From Dehalococcoidia bacterium (GTDB taxonomy: Bacteria; Chloroflexota; Dehalococcoidia; Lucifugimonadales; UBA3495): 64,000 nt of DNA. The stretch lies in the NCBI GenBank assembly GCA_965249145.1, contig OZ252223.1, forward strand, positions 2,323,881-2,387,880, written 5' to 3'. How positions within the stretch are numbered: position 1 is the stretch's first letter; the number at the start of each line of letters is the position of its first letter. A model generated the notes under the pieces. It made no database searches. It saw nothing but the letters and a program-made list of their open reading frames with translations, and was not told where the DNA came from. Both the position numbers and the translations under genes were made by a program. Positions 54,684 to 64,000 of this stretch are shown here, piece after piece.

Positions 54684-55703
54684 TCACCACAGCTCCTCTT
54701 CTGCTTCCTGTTCGTCGACGTCCGCCGTCTCCGCTCCCCGGGACTGGATCAGGTGGCCTCGACTCAGTTCCTCTCGCATGCGTCCGTATTCCGAGCACAA
54801 CTCCGCCCCCACGATCAGGATGAACGCCGAGAGGTAAGCCCAGACCAGCACCACGATCATTGAGGCCAAAGAACCATATACCCTGGCAAAGTTGGAGAAG
54901 TGCTCCAAGTAGAAGATGAAGGCGCTCTTGCCCACTTCGAACGCGAGCGCTCCCAGCAACGCCCCCGGCCAGATGTATCTCCACCGAGTGGTGGTGTTGG
55001 GGATTAGCTTGTAGATCAGAGAAAAGATGGCCAGGGTGAATAGGAAGGGCAGCGGCCGGGTCAGAATGCTGATGCCGTCGTGCTCCAGAAACCCGAGCCG
55101 GCCCACCGCCGGAAGGTCGACCCGGCCCAAGACCTGCACGGCGGTGGTGGTGCCCAGGGACATCAAAAACAACAAGCCCACGCTGAAGGACATGGTCAGA
55201 TGGCGCAACTTGGCCACGTAGAAGGGAGGCTCCCGTAGATCCCAGGCACGGTTCACCGCCCGGCTGACCGCCCCGAAGACCGAAGTGGAAGCCCAGAATA
55301 ATCCCAGCAAGCTGATTATCCCGAGGAACCCGCGGATGCTGCCCACCGCCTCGATGTTCGTTTCCAATGCCACAGTGGAGCCGGGTATGTAGGTCTGGAA
55401 GAACTCCAGCAGCTCGTTTCGCACCGTGCCAGCCTCCAAGACCAAGCTGAGCAAGGCGATGAGGCCGACGGTCAGGGGAAAAAGGGAGAGGATGGCGTAG
55501 AAGGCCACGCCGGCGGCCATGTGCGAAGCGTCGTCGGCCCGCAGGTCTCGGGCGATGCGGGCCGCGAGGACGTAAGCGGGAATAGTGAGAAGCCGGTCGT
55601 GGGCCCTCTGCCACTTGGCCCGAAGAAAGCCGACCGGCTTCCCCAACCTCGGGTTAAGCCGTGAGGATAGAGTGTCCTTTAGCTGCTGGACAGGTAGACG
55701 CAA
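54684..55703 (-). CDS. YihY/BrkB family membrane protein
   Basis: 339-aa ORF. AAGVAFYAILSLFPL and about 6 TM spans typical of YihY. Confidence 0.8.
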   Translation of the reverse strand: MRLPVQQLKDTLSSRLNPRLGKPVGFLRAKWQRAHDRLLTIPAYVLAARIARDLRADDASHMAAGVAFYAILSLFPLTVGLIALLSLVLEAGTVRNELLEFFQTYIPGSTVALETNIEAVGSIRGFLGIISLLGLFWASTSVFGAVSRAVNRAWDLREPPFYVAKLRHLTMSFSVGLLFLMSLGTTTAVQVLGRVDLPAVGRLGFLEHDGISILTRPLPFLFTLAIFSLIYKLIPNTTTRWRYIWPGALLGALAFEVGKSAFIFYLEHFSNFARVYGSLASMIVVLVWAYLSAFILIVGAELCSEYGRMREELSRGHLIQSRGAETADVDEQEAEEELW

Positions 55704-55758
55704 AGCCTAACGGGGATTGCCCCTTGAGTGGTACCGTCCTTTACGGTGGGCTCCGGCT

Positions 55759-56856
55759 CTAAGACTGCTCAGGCTCCCGGAAGGGAGCGCGAAGAATGAC
55801 GCGGACACCGGAAACGGCCCCGGAAATGGCGCCGCTCACGGCACTCGCGGTTGCCTCGCCGAAAGACCCTGCGGCGCTGACCGCGCCGTTGGCGGCGGCC
55901 GAGGCCGCGTCCTCGGCGCGCAGTCCCACGCTTTGTGCTGCCTCGATTGCGCCTTCTACAGCGCTACGGGCCACGCCAGCAACGTCTCCGCCGACCTCGG
56001 CGGTGCCCTTGATCAGTCCTCGAGTGGTGTCTTCGATGGCCTGCAGCGTATTTCCGCCCACCTGCTGCGTGCCAGTGATGGTCCCGTTGACCGCATCCTT
56101 GGCCGTTGCGCCCAAGTCGCCCCCCACTTCTCGCACGCCGTGCACCGCGCCCCGGGCGGCGCTGAAAGCCGCGTCTTGGACCCGCACCGTCACGCTGCCG
56201 GTGGCCTCGATAGCCCCCTCCACCGCGTTTCGGGTCACCAAGCCCACGTCTCCGCCCACGTCGGATGCGCCACGGATCAGTCCACGAGTGCCGTCCTCAA
56301 TGGCCTCCAAGACGTTGCCGCCGACCTCCTGGGTGCCGGTAACGGTCCCCTTAATAGCGTCTCTGGCGGTGATTCCGAGGTCGCCACCCACCTCCCGGGT
56401 GCCTTGGATGGCGCTGCGGGTAACGCTGAAGGCCATGTCTTCGGCCCTCAGTCCAACGCTCTTGGTGGTCTCGATTGCGCCCTCTACCGCGCTCCTAGCC
56501 ACGGTGGCCACGTCGCCGCCGACCTCGCCGGTGCCCCGGATCGCACCTCTAACCGTGTCGCTAAAAACGCTGACTGTCACGGTGCTAACCTCACCCGCGC
56601 CGCGTATAACCCCGATCACCGCCCCCTTGACAGTCGAGCCCAATTCGGTGCCCACCTCGCTGGTGGCCTGAATCGCGCCTTTGATGACGTCGCCCACCAG
56701 TCCGGAGAACTCCGTCGCAGTTTCGCGAGAGCCACGCAACGCGGCAACCGTGGTGATTCGGGCCGCATCGATCGTGCCCTCAACCAAGTCGGTCGCCCCG
56801 CCGACGACACCGACCAAGGCGTCCCTGATATTTCTGCCCAGATTTCCGAGGGTCAT
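55759..56856 (-). CDS. repeat protein built of 11-residue periodic units (88-aa super-repeats)
   Basis: 365-aa ORF with AGGAGGG RBS. The units RGAIRGTGEVGGDVATVARSAVEGAIETTKSVGLRAEDMAFSVT and RSAIQGTREVGGDLGITARDAIKGTVTGTQEVGGNVLEAIEDGT are repeated about 2.5 times. Confidence 0.65.
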   Translation of the reverse strand: MTLGNLGRNIRDALVGVVGGATDLVEGTIDAARITTVAALRGSRETATEFSGLVGDVIKGAIQATSEVGTELGSTVKGAVIGVIRGAGEVSTVTVSVFSDTVRGAIRGTGEVGGDVATVARSAVEGAIETTKSVGLRAEDMAFSVTRSAIQGTREVGGDLGITARDAIKGTVTGTQEVGGNVLEAIEDGTRGLIRGASDVGGDVGLVTRNAVEGAIEATGSVTVRVQDAAFSAARGAVHGVREVGGDLGATAKDAVNGTITGTQQVGGNTLQAIEDTTRGLIKGTAEVGGDVAGVARSAVEGAIEAAQSVGLRAEDAASAAANGAVSAAGSFGEATASAVSGAISGAVSGVRVILRAPFREPEQS

Positions 56857-57064
56857 TTCTAGCCCTCCTGATAAGATGTCCTGCTTAATCGTATTCTATC
56901 ATCGCCCGCCATTTAGCCGGTAGCCGCCGACCGCGAATCGCTCTCCCGGATGGGTGTCGGCGGACTCACTCGCACGTGACGAAAGACGGTGGTGAGAGTA
57001 CAATTACGGGCCGAGTTACCTCGCGTAGACTACGTCTTTGGCCCGCAGCCCTAGGAGGGCCGGA

Positions 57065-58717
<1,653 letters not shown>

Positions 58718-58776
58718 AGCGTTGCCGCTGTCCCCTGCCGGGGCTGCGGCCATAGTCTGACACTGGAGGGAGACCG

Positions 58777-59934
58777 ATGCCGGACCTGATACTCAACGAA
58801 GAGGAGCAAATGCTCCAAACTACCCTCCGAGACTTCGTGGACCGCGAGATTGCGCCCAAGGCTAAAGAGTCGGATGAACGCGCCGAGTTCCAGTGGGAAC
58901 AGTGGAACGGTCTGGCTGACCTGGGACTGACCGGCCTGGGCGTCGACACGAAGTACGGAGGCAGCGGCCCGGCCGGATATCGGCAGGTCTCCATTGCCGC
59001 CGAAGAGGTGGCCCGGGGCGACGCCTCCACCAGCGTTAGTTGGCTGGCCCACCTGGCCCTTGGCGTGGCCAGCATCGACGGGTTCGCCAATGACGAGCAG
59101 AAGGAGCGCCTGCTGCCGCCGCTGGCCAGCGGCAAGGGCGTGGCCGCCTTCGGGCTCACGGAGCCGGGGGGTGGGTCCGACGCCGCCGCCCTACAGACCA
59201 CCGTCAACGAACGCGACGGTGTCTACTTCCTAAACGGCAGCAAAATGTTCATCACCAACGCCTCCGTCGCCCAATCCATCGTGGTTTTCGCCACCCAGGA
59301 CCGCGGCCAAGGCTACAAGGGCATCAGCGCCTTCGTGGTCGAGAAGGGCTCGCCGGGGCTGACCATCAATCCGATGCACGGCAAGCTGGGCATGCGCAGC
59401 TCCACCACCGACGAGATAGTGTTCCAAGATACGCCGGTCTCCCCGGAAAACCTACTGGGCACCGAGGGCCGGGGGTTCAACCAGGCCATGGAAATCCTGA
59501 CCTCCAGCCGTATCATCATCGCGGCCCAGAGTGTTGGCATCGGCCAGTCGGCTTTGGAGGCAGCGGTGCGCTACGCGCAACAGCGCGAGTCCTTCGGCCA
59601 GCCCATCGCCCAGCACCAAGCCGTTGCCTTTATGCTGGCCGACATGGCCGCCGAGGTGCACGCCGCCCGGGTCACCACCATGAACGCCGCTACCCTGAAG
59701 GACAATGGCCTTCCCTTCCTGCTGGAAGCGTCCATCGCCAAGCTAATTGCCTCTGAAATGTGCATCCGAGCGGCCGACCGAGCCGTACAGGTGCATGGCG
59801 GGTCGGGTTACTTTCAAGAGGCCGGTGTGGAGCGCATACTCCGCGACGCCCGCGTGACTACCATTTACGAGGGCACCTCGGAGGTGCAGCGGCTGCTTAT
59901 TGCCCGGCAATTGCTGAATCAGTACCCGGTTTAG
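58777..59934 (+). CDS. acyl-CoA dehydrogenase
   Basis: 385-aa [16 protein letters not shown], and [14 protein letters not shown] near the C-terminus. Confidence 0.9.
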   Translation: MPDLILNEEEQMLQTTLRDFVDREIAPKAKESDERAEFQWEQWNGLADLGLTGLGVDTKYGGSGPAGYRQVSIAAEEVARGDASTSVSWLAHLALGVASIDGFANDEQKERLLPPLASGKGVAAFGLTEPGGGSDAAALQTTVNERDGVYFLNGSKMFITNASVAQSIVVFATQDRGQGYKGISAFVVEKGSPGLTINPMHGKLGMRSSTTDEIVFQDTPVSPENLLGTEGRGFNQAMEILTSSRIIIAAQSVGIGQSALEAAVRYAQQRESFGQPIAQHQAVAFMLADMAAEVHAARVTTMNAATLKDNGLPFLLEASIAKLIASEMCIRAADRAVQVHGGSGYFQEAGVERILRDARVTTIYEGTSEVQRLLIARQLLNQYPV

Positions 59935-59953
59935 CGCGGAGGACGGTCAACAG

Positions 59954-60358
59954 ATGCAGAATACCGACCGGCCCGTGAGGGTGCTGGTAGCCAAACCGGG
60001 CCTTGACGGTCACGACCGGGGGGCGAAGGTGATCGCCCGGGCCCTGCGCGATGCTGGGATGGAGGTCATCTACACCGGTATCCGCCAAAGCCCGCAGATG
60101 ATCGTTCAAGCAGCCGCCCAAGAGGACGTCGACGTTCTGGGCTTGAGTATCCTCTCCGGGGCCCACTTGGAGATACTCCCAGAGATTATGGACCTACTGC
60201 GCGGTCAAGGAATGGACGACGTCCTGGTGGTGGTGGGTGGCATCATCCCGGCAGTGGACCGCCAACCCCTCAAGGAAATGGGCATAACCGAGGTCTTCGG
60301 CCCGGGCACATCCACTGGTGAAATCGTGGAATTTATCCGGGATGCGGTAACGAGTTGA
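59954..60358 (+). CDS. cobalamin-binding (B12-binding domain) small subunit of acyl-CoA mutase
   Basis: 134-aa [20 protein letters not shown] (DxHxxG) and [11 protein letters not shown]. Confidence 0.9.
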   Translation: MQNTDRPVRVLVAKPGLDGHDRGAKVIARALRDAGMEVIYTGIRQSPQMIVQAAAQEDVDVLGLSILSGAHLEILPEIMDLLRGQGMDDVLVVVGGIIPAVDRQPLKEMGITEVFGPGTSTGEIVEFIRDAVTS

Positions 60359-60415
60359 TGCTTTCTAGCTGGAAATGGGCCATGTCTACGGAGCATATTC
60401 TAGGGTCAATTCCCC

Positions 60416-60446
60416 TTGACATGCTGGTTGGGCCCAAACGTATAAT
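60416..60446 (+). promoter_or_regulatory. sigma70-like promoter candidate for yceD-rpmF
   Basis: TTGACA (60416-60421), 19-nt spacer, TATAAT (60441-60446). 32 nt before the ATG at 60478. Confidence 0.4.
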
Positions 60447-60477
60447 TGCGTCCGGCATTCGGTAAGGGCCGGTCAGC

Positions 60478-61005
60478 ATGGATTACAACGTATCGCAGCT
60501 TCTGATGGAGTCCACTGGATCGACTAGGAGCTACGAGTTCGAACACGACGCAGCCACCCTGCCGGAGTATGGAGCAGACCGGGCGAAGGGAACGGTCCGC
60601 CTGCTTAGAACGCACCACGGGGTGTTGGTAACCGCCACCATCGACGTTCTGGTGAACGCCACCTGTGACCGTTGCCTCGCGGAATTCCCCCGTGAATCGG
60701 TCTTACGCGTCGAAGAGGAGTGTTTTCCAACGGTCGATCCGGGCACCGGGAGAAAGATGTTCCCGCCCGAGGAATCGGAAGGTGTGGTGCACATCAACGC
60801 CCGGCAAATTCTGGACCTGACCGACCTGTTGCGCCAATATCTACTAACCGATGCCCCGATCAGGGCGTTGTGTCGCACCGACTGCCAGGGGCTCTGTCAG
60901 GAATGCGGCTCGAATCTGAACGAGGAAAAATGCAAATGCGACGCGGCCCCGACAGACCCGCGGTGGCGGGCCCTGGCGGGGCTGCTGGCCGAAGGACGGG
61001 ACTAG
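60478..61005 (+). CDS. yceD: YceD/DUF177 family protein
   Basis: 175-aa ORF upstream of rpmF. CDRCL...CRTDCQGLCQECG Cys motifs typical of DUF177. Confidence 0.8.
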   Translation: MDYNVSQLLMESTGSTRSYEFEHDAATLPEYGADRAKGTVRLLRTHHGVLVTATIDVLVNATCDRCLAEFPRESVLRVEEECFPTVDPGTGRKMFPPEESEGVVHINARQILDLTDLLRQYLLTDAPIRALCRTDCQGLCQECGSNLNEEKCKCDAAPTDPRWRALAGLLAEGRD

Positions 61006-61120
61006 GCGTCGGCCAAACCGAACAACAATCAAATAAGTTGGGGCGAGAAATGCGGCCTCTGAAATGTGGCCGAGTTCTTGCGCCCAGCAAAGTGCACTAA
61101 CCAGAGAGGAGACCAGAGCA

Positions 61121-61303
61121 ATGGGAGCATTACCGAAAAAGAAGTTGACCCGGGCCCGGCGAGGGCGTCGGCTAACCGCTTACAAGCTCAAGCCGCAACA
61201 ACCGGCCCAGTGCACCCGTTGCCGAAGCGCCAAGCACCCTCATGCCGCTTGCCCGACCTGTGGTTACTACCGGGGCAGGCTGGTTGTCGAGGGGCTGTCT
61301 TAA
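61121..61303 (+). CDS. rpmF: 50S ribosomal protein L32
   Basis: Internal ATG of ORF 61064..61303 after GAGAGGAGA. MGALPKKKLTRARRGRR...CTRC...CPTCGYY. Confidence 0.9.
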   Translation: MGALPKKKLTRARRGRRLTAYKLKPQQPAQCTRCRSAKHPHAACPTCGYYRGRLVVEGLS

Positions 61304-61331
61304 AACCCGACGAAAATGCGGCTTGAACGAG

Positions 61332-61360
61332 TTGTACAGTTTGGACAATTTTTTTATTAT
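61332..61360 (+). promoter_or_regulatory. promoter candidate within an unusually AT-rich patch upstream of fabD
   Basis: TTGTAC (61332-61337), 17-nt spacer, TATTAT (61355-61360). The surrounding sequence ACAATTTTTTTATTATTTTTAGGTTTTATTCAAATT contrasts sharply with the genome background. Confidence 0.3.
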
Positions 61361-61378
61361 TTTTAGGTTTTATTCAAA

Positions 61379-62350
61379 TTGTCGGCTCATTCGGAGGTCA
61401 TTACGAATACATCCATAGCAAGCAGCCGGGCATATGTGTTTCCTGGTCAGGGGTCACAGAAGGTGGGAATGGGGACGGGGTTTTTCGAGCAGTCGCCCGC
61501 CGCCCGGGAAACCTTTGAGGAAGCCGATGACAGTCTGGGCTTTGCCCTGTCCCGCATGATCTTCGATGGCCCGGGAGGGGACCTGCAAAACACGGTCAAC
61601 TCTCAACCGGCCATCATGACTGTCAGCATCGCCTCTTGGCGGGCTTGGCGAGAGTTTCAAGGAGAGTTCGTTGAAGAGCCCAAGGCCGTCGCCGGGCACA
61701 GCCTCGGCGAATACACCGCATTGGTTGCGTCGGGGGTTATCGACTTCTCCGACGCCGTGAAGCTGGTCCGCAAACGCGGCGAGTTGATGCAGCAGGCCTC
61801 GGTGAACCGCCCCGGCTCCATGGCGGCCATCCTGGGGCTCGATGAGATTGCCCTGGTGCAAGTCTGCGCTGAGACCGGAGTGGAACTGGCCAACATCAAC
61901 ACCGACAACCAGATAGTCATCAGCGGCGACAAGATTGCCGTGGCCCGGGCAATGGACTTGGCGGCGGCCCGGGGGGCCCGGAAGACCGTGCCTCTGCCAG
62001 TGAGCGGCGCCTTCCATTCGTCATTGATGCACGATGCCGAGACCGGTCTAACCGAGGCCATCGAGGGCCTGCGGTTCCGGGAGCCCAGGATACCCATCAT
62101 TGCCAACTGCGACTCAAAGCCCTTGATCAGCGCCGCTGAAGTGCGGAACGAGCTGGTCACCGGGCTTTGCCAGTGCGTCCAATGGAAGGACTCCGTAGTG
62201 CGGATGATCGGCTCGGGAGTCGATCAGTTTGTGGAGTTCGGGGCCGGAGGAGTGCTGGCGGGACTGATTAAGCGAATTGACGGGGCAGTCGGGGTAGCCG
62301 CGGTGTCGGACCCCGAGTCGATGCGGAAGCTAGCCGACTCGACTATCTAG
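61379..62350 (+). CDS. fabD: ACP S-malonyltransferase
   Basis: 323-aa ORF (TTG start). FPGQGSQKVGMG, GHSLGEYTALV, and SGAFHSSLM. Confidence 0.9.
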   Translation: MSAHSEVITNTSIASSRAYVFPGQGSQKVGMGTGFFEQSPAARETFEEADDSLGFALSRMIFDGPGGDLQNTVNSQPAIMTVSIASWRAWREFQGEFVEEPKAVAGHSLGEYTALVASGVIDFSDAVKLVRKRGELMQQASVNRPGSMAAILGLDEIALVQVCAETGVELANINTDNQIVISGDKIAVARAMDLAAARGARKTVPLPVSGAFHSSLMHDAETGLTEAIEGLRFREPRIPIIANCDSKPLISAAEVRNELVTGLCQCVQWKDSVVRMIGSGVDQFVEFGAGGVLAGLIKRIDGAVGVAAVSDPESMRKLADSTI

Positions 62351-62370
62351 ACCCCCGCTGAGCCGGCCTT

Positions 62371-62823
62371 ATGGTGAAGCCTGTAGACCACCGGCGAACG
62401 GCTCGGGCTGTGGCATTGCAGTCACTGTTCGCCGCAGACATACGAGAACTGCGGTCGTCGCCGTCCTTCGATTGGCTGGACGAAGAGATCGCCCCAAACG
62501 CCCTGGACTTTGCCGGAGGGCTGATTCGGGGCGTGTTCAACCACTCCGTCGCCTTGGACGGGCTGATCGGCCGGTTTGCACCGGCTTGGCCAGTGAGCCA
62601 GCTATCGCTCATCGACCGCAACATCTTGCGGATCGCCCTGTACGAACTTATGCACCATTCTGCGACTCCCAGGAAGACGGCCATCAACGAGGCCGTGGAG
62701 CTGGCCAAGGTCTACGGTAGTGAGAGTTCCGCCAGGTTTGTTAACGGCGTCTTGGGCTCGGTAATGGCGGGCCTGGAATCGGGTGATCTCACTACTAGCG
62801 TGCCTACGCCTGAGGGGAGATGA
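62371..62823 (+). CDS. nusB: transcription antitermination factor NusB
   Basis: 150-aa [37 protein letters not shown] and FVNGVLG. Confidence 0.85.
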   Translation: MVKPVDHRRTARAVALQSLFAADIRELRSSPSFDWLDEEIAPNALDFAGGLIRGVFNHSVALDGLIGRFAPAWPVSQLSLIDRNILRIALYELMHHSATPRKTAINEAVELAKVYGSESSARFVNGVLGSVMAGLESGDLTTSVPTPEGR

Positions 62824-62827
62824 GTCC

Positions 62828-63088
62828 TTGCCAACTGTCTACGAACGGGTTAAAGACATCGTAATCGACAAGCTTGGGGTCGACGAAGACCAGGTGACCG
62901 AAGAGGCTTCCTTCGTCGAGAACCTGAACGCCGACTCCCTCGATCTGGTAGAGTTAATCATGGCGTTTGAAGAGGAGTTCTCCAGCCCGGAGGCCCAACT
63001 GGAGATACCCGACGAGGACGCCGGCAACATCTCCACCGTCAACGACGCTGTGGAATACCTCAAAGGCCGCGGTATCGAAGACAGCTAG
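62828..63088 (+). CDS. acpP: acyl carrier protein
   Basis: Internal TTG of ORF 62783..63088 after GAGGGGAG. The [17 protein letters not shown] phosphopantetheine Ser motif. Confidence 0.9.
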   Translation: MPTVYERVKDIVIDKLGVDEDQVTEEASFVENLNADSLDLVELIMAFEEEFSSPEAQLEIPDEDAGNISTVNDAVEYLKGRGIEDS

Positions 63089-63261
63089 ACAGTACTCACC
63101 ATCGTCTCCGGCATGGGAGTGTTCGGGCTGGAGGTGGGGCCGGGCGACGCCGTCGCTGTACCGGCCTCTTCTCATTTCGGGCGGACCGCACCTCCGGGGA
63201 TAAGTGTAATCGTCGTTATGTCATGTAAAAAGGTATACAATTGTGGGGAGGTAGGGTGGTC

Positions 63262-64000
63262 ATGGAAAACCTGGATGACGTTGCCCGAGTGGTCAAAAAC
63301 TGCACCGATTGTTCCCTGCATTCCAGTCGCACCAACGCGGTCCCCGGGGAGGGCAGTCCACAGGCGGAGGTGATGTTCATCGGCGAGGGCCCCGGCTTCC
63401 ACGAAGACCGTCAGGGCCGTCCTTTCGTTGGGCAAGCTGGCCAGTTGCTGGAAGGGCTGCTGGCCACCATCGGCGCCAATCGGGGGGAAGTCTTTATCGC
63501 CAATATGGTGAAATGCCGCCCTCCAGACAACCGCGACCCTGCGCCAAGCGAGATTTCGGCCTGCTCCAAGTACTTGGACCGGCAAATAGAATTGATCAAC
63601 CCAAAGCTGATCGTCACCCTGGGACGGTTCTCCCTGGGACGTTTCTTCCCCGGCGAGAGCATCACCAAGGCCCGCGGTAAGCTGCGGGAGAAGGACGGAC
63701 GGCTTATCTTCCCGGTGCTGCACCCGGCGGCCGCCCTCCGCCGTGCCGAGCTGCGCAGCGTGCTAGTTGAAGACTTCCGCTCGATCTCCGAGGTGCTGGA
63801 GAGGGCGGAACGGCCGTCGATAGCCTACACGCGTTCGGAACCGGCCGCCGCTCGAATCGCGGAGGAGACGCGCCAATACGGGCTGCAAGAGCAGCTAATC
63901 CCCGGCTCCAGTCCATCGGAGTCGCCCGCAACGCCGGTCTTCGCCGCCACGCCGGGACCGGACGCTCGACATCCGGAGCCGGAACAACTAACACTATTTT
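63262..64000 (+). CDS. family 4 uracil-DNA glycosylase, 3'-partial (runs off the window)
   Basis: Not in the ORF track (no stop reached). My translation from ATG 63262 is MENLDDVARVVKNCTDCSLH...VMFIGEGPGFHEDRQGRPFVGQAG...ANMVKCRPP...FPVLHPAAALR..., open to 63999 and ending ...EPEQLTLF. Confidence 0.8.
   Translation, partial: MENLDDVARVVKNCTDCSLHSSRTNAVPGEGSPQAEVMFIGEGPGFHEDRQGRPFVGQAGQLLEGLLATIGANRGEVFIANMVKCRPPDNRDPAPSEISACSKYLDRQIELINPKLIVTLGRFSLGRFFPGESITKARGKLREKDGRLIFPVLHPAAALRRAELRSVLVEDFRSISEVLERAERPSIAYTRSEPAAARIAEETRQYGLQEQLIPGSSPSESPATPVFAATPGPDARHPEPEQLTLF

Noticed and set aside
56857-57064. A cobalamin riboswitch upstream of the B12-dependent mutase operon.
   Set aside because: I could not find the conserved B12-box-like core or the expected paired elements by eye. 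A covariance-model scan (Rfam RF00174) would be needed to exclude it formally.

Overview
High-GC bacterial chromosomal window. Hand counts give about 63 G+C per 100 nt in core genes. Gene density is high. The content is dominated by heterotroph catabolic families: 2 paralogous LLM flavin oxidoreductases, 4 VOC/glyoxalase proteins, NIPSNAP, cupin, amidase, crotonase, a split acyl-CoA mutase with an acyl-CoA dehydrogenase, and GGT. This is reminiscent of Chloroflexota (SAR202-like) or Actinomycetota, but that is inference only. Recognisable housekeeping genes are uvrA, serA, tlyA, tRNA-Gly(UCC), yceD-rpmF-fabD-nusB-acpP, and a family-4 UDG that runs off the 3' edge and is absent from the ORF track. 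Three accessory insertions stand out. (1) 39.2-43.7 kb holds a low-GC four-gene minus-strand operon: beta-class DNA methyltransferase, SF2 helicase, PD-(D/E)xK-like protein, GHKL/MORC-like ATPase. It is an atypical and essentially uncharacterised R-M/defence architecture, and it is my top candidate. (2) 24.5-26.3 kb holds a low-GC pair: an ABC/AAA_21-type ATPase plus a 108-aa protein with a D...ELK nuclease-like motif. (3) 27.0-30.5 kb holds an orphan HK97-type head module (prohead protease, major capsid, two tandem Arg-rich paralogs, enlarged head-tail adaptor) with no terminase, portal, tail or integrase. It abuts an ABC-transporter deletion scar. Other features: three toxin-antitoxin loci (VapBC, DUF433/DUF5615, orphan HicB); a PadR gene with in-frame TAG; a frameshifted molybdopterin oxidoreductase; an 11-mer/88-aa repeat protein; a HesB-like protein with a Gly/Cys tail; two dispersed palindromic repeat families with local tandem amplification. 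No rRNA and no CRISPR. All calls rest on reading the translations and the DNA by eye. No database search was run.
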